A stretch of 64,000 nucleotides of DNA, taken from Magnetococcales bacterium DC0425bin3. GTDB taxonomy: Bacteria; Pseudomonadota; Magnetococcia; Magnetococcales; DC0425bin3. Of this stretch, positions 61,820-64,000 are shown piece by piece; the stretch's first letter is position 1, and every line of letters begins with the position of its first letter. The translations under genes were made by a program, and so were the position numbers. The stretch spans positions 15,054-79,053 of the forward strand of contig PEAP01000003.1 of NCBI GenBank assembly GCA_002753665.1. Reading direction: 5' to 3'. Under the pieces are notes generated by a model. That model was not told the DNA's origin. It saw only the letters and a list, made by a program, of their open reading frames with translations, and searched no databases.

Positions 61820-64000
61820 TCAGTGGGTCACCGAGGGGGAATCCACGCTGGGGGGAGGATCGGTCTTCACCACCATCGGCTCCCCTTCCGGCGTCTCCAC
61901 TTCGGAATCCAGGGGCGTGATCACCCGGTCACCGGGAGAGGCGATCAGGGCCCGCTCCAGCACCTCGTCCATGTGGGTGACGGGGTGGATTTCCAGATTT
62001 TTGAGGATGGTCTGGGGAACGTCCTTGAGATCCTTGAGATTCTCCTGGGGGATCAGGACCTGCCGGATTCCAGCCCGGTGGGCGGCCAGCAGTTTCTCCT
62101 TGAGGCCACCGATGACCAGCACCCGGCCCCGCAGGGTGATCTCTCCGGTCATGGCCACCTCCTTGCGGATGGCGATGCCGGTGAGGGCGCTGACGATGGC
62201 GGTACAGATGCCGATACCCGCCGAAGGGCCATCCTTGGGGGTGGCGCCCTCGGGAACGTGAACATGGATGTCCCGGTTCTGGAAATATTCCTTGGGCAGT
62301 TTCCAGTCCTTGGCACGGGAGCGGGCATAGCTCATGGCCGCCTGCACCGACTCCTGCATCACATCCCCCAGTTTGCCGGTGATGGTCAGTTTGCCCTTGC
62401 CGGGCAGATGAATCGCCTCAATGGAGAGTATCTCTCCCCCCACATTGGTCCAGGCCAGACCGGTGGCCACACCCACCAGGTCCGACTCCTCCGCCAGTCC
62501 GAAGCGGAACTGCCGCACTCCCAGGGATTTCTCCAGGCTGCTGCTGGTGGTGGCGAACTTCTTGCGCTTCGCGTCCTTGAGCAAGGCCTTGGCGGCCTTG
62601 CGGCACAGGGTGGCGATCTCCCGCTCCAGGTTGCGCACCCCTGCCTCCCGCGTATAGTAGCGGATGATGTCCACCAGGGCGGTATCCACAAGGCTGAACT
62701 CGCCGCCCTTCAGGCCATGGGCCTCCATCTGGCGGGGAATCAGATAGCGCTTGGCGATGTGGATCTTTTCCTCTTCCGTATATCCGGCCAGACGGATCAC
62801 CTCCATCCGGTCCAGCAGGGGACGGGCGATGTTGAGACCGTTGGCGGTGGTGATGAACATCACCTTGGACAGATCATATTCCACCTCCAGATAATGGTCG
62901 GAGAAGGTGTTGTTCTGTTCCGGATCCAGCACCTCCAGCAGGGCCGAACTGGGATCTCCCCGGAAATCCGACCCCACCTTGTCGATTTCATCCAGCAGGA
63001 ACAATGGGTTGTTGGTCCCCGCCTTCTTCATGGATTGCAGGATCTTGCCCGGCAGGGAGCCGATATAGGTCCGGCGATGGCCGCGGATTTCGGCCTCGTC
63101 CCGCACCCCGCCCAGGGAAACCCGCACATAGTTGCGGCCCGAGGCCCGGGCAATGGATTTGGCCAGGGAGGTCTTGCCCACCCCGGGCGGCCCCACCAAG
63201 CAAAGAATGGGACCCTTGATCTTCTCGACCTTCTGTTGCACCGCCAGGTGTTCGACGATCCGTTCCTTCACCTTTTCCAGGCCGTAGTGGTCTTCCTCCA
63301 GGATGCGCTCCGCCTCGTCCAGGTCATGGGCCAGCTCCGAGGACTTGCTCCAGGGCAGGCTGACCAACCAGTCGATGTAGTTGCGTACCACCGTGGCTTC
63401 GGCCGACATGGGAGACATCTGCTTGAGCTTTTTCAGTTCCGACTCGGCCTTCTTCCTGGCCTCCTCCGGCATGCCGGCGGCCTCAATGCGTTCGGCCAAC
63501 TCGGCCATCTCGTCTTTTTCGCCCTCTTCCTCCCCCCGGTCCCCCAGCTCCTTCTGGATCGCCTTCATCTGTTCGTTGAGATAATAATCCCGGTGGCTCT
63601 TCTCCATCTGGCGCTTGACCCGGCCCCGGATGCGCTTCTCGACCTGGAGTACGTCGATCTCCTGTTCCAGGGCCACGAACAGCCGCTCCAGGCGTTCCAC
63701 CACCGAGATGAGTTCCAGCAGATCCTGTTTTTCCGGCACCTTGAGGTTCAGATGGGTGGCGGCGATGTCGGACAACCGGGACGGATCATCCGCCGACTGG
63801 AAGGTCACCAGCACTTCCGGGGGAATCTTCTTGTTCAGCTTGGCGTAATTCTCGAACTGGCTCACCACCGAGCGCATCAGGGCTTCCGCCTCGGTGCGAT
63901 TGTAGGGCTCTTCCTCCAGATAATGGGCCTCCGCCAGAAAATACGGCTCGGTCTGGATGAAGCGCAGCACCCGCACCCGCTGCCCCCCTTCCACCAGAAC
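61820..64000 (-). CDS. lon: ATP-dependent Lon protease, N-terminus beyond the window edge
   Basis: [31 protein letters not shown] and the catalytic PKDGPSAGI serine motif. The reading frame is open to the window end; the track M at 63994 is an internal GTG. Confidence 0.95.
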   Translation of the reverse strand, partial: VLVEGGQRVRVLRFIQTEPYFLAEAHYLEEEPYNRTEAEALMRSVVSQFENYAKLNKKIPPEVLVTFQSADDPSRLSDIAATHLNLKVPEKQDLLELISVVERLERLFVALEQEIDVLQVEKRIRGRVKRQMEKSHRDYYLNEQMKAIQKELGDRGEEEGEKDEMAELAERIEAAGMPEEARKKAESELKKLKQMSPMSAEATVVRNYIDWLVSLPWSKSSELAHDLDEAERILEEDHYGLEKVKERIVEHLAVQQKVEKIKGPILCLVGPPGVGKTSLAKSIARASGRNYVRVSLGGVRDEAEIRGHRRTYIGSLPGKILQSMKKAGTNNPLFLLDEIDKVGSDFRGDPSSALLEVLDPEQNNTFSDHYLEVEYDLSKVMFITTANGLNIARPLLDRMEVIRLAGYTEEEKIHIAKRYLIPRQMEAHGLKGGEFSLVDTALVDIIRYYTREAGVRNLEREIATLCRKAAKALLKDAKRKKFATTSSSLEKSLGVRQFRFGLAEESDLVGVATGLAWTNVGGEILSIEAIHLPGKGKLTITGKLGDVMQESVQAAMSYARSRAKDWKLPKEYFQNRDIHVHVPEGATPKDGPSAGIGICTAIVSALTGIAIRKEVAMTGEITLRGRVLVIGGLKEKLLAAHRAGIRQVLIPQENLKDLKDVPQTILKNLEIHPVTHMDEVLERALIASPGDRVITPLDSEVETPEGEPMVVKTDPPPSVDSPSVTH

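Overview
High-GC (by eye roughly 63-67% G+C) proteobacterial chromosomal segment. It is densely coding and mostly housekeeping.

Gene order:
- Plus-strand block, 1-12.9 kb: aroA (5'-partial)-cmk-rpsA, lapA-lapB, rpiB-glyA-ribD-ribE-ribBA-ribH-nusB-thiL-larB.
- 12.9-17.4 kb: an accessory two-gene module. It is a KAP-family P-loop NTPase followed by a NACHT/STAND NTPase that carries a 348-bp hexanucleotide-encoded dipeptide repeat.
- Next come a Crp/Fnr regulator, asmA, a MORN protein and a GT-C/TPR membrane protein.
- 22.8-24.3 kb: a visibly lower-GC Septu-like ABC-type ATPase (PtuA-like) with only a 65-codon remnant of an HNH partner.
- Then a zinc-ribbon/DUF3426 protein, gcvH, an rlmD-like methyltransferase, an EEP-family protein, a B12/radical-SAM protein, clpB, a ygjP-like peptidase, a sirC-like gene, uvrA, mucR/ros, aroC and fabI.
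- midA (NDUFAF7 homologue) sits directly behind a complete 14-gene nuoA-N operon (41.7-56.2 kb, minus strand).
- The window ends with a two-subunit ATP-citrate-lyase operon with an unusually long alpha subunit, tRNA-Asp, tRNA-Val, hupB and lon (partial).

A ~65-70-bp palindrome-containing repeat occurs six times at five loci, always in the same orientation. One locus is a perfect tandem pair inside the nuo operon.

The best candidate for an undescribed system is the KAP + NACHT pair. The decayed or variant Septu-like locus is second.

Many very long ORFs in the supplied track are antisense or off-frame artefacts of the high GC content. No rRNA, CRISPR array, transposase or integrase is visible.
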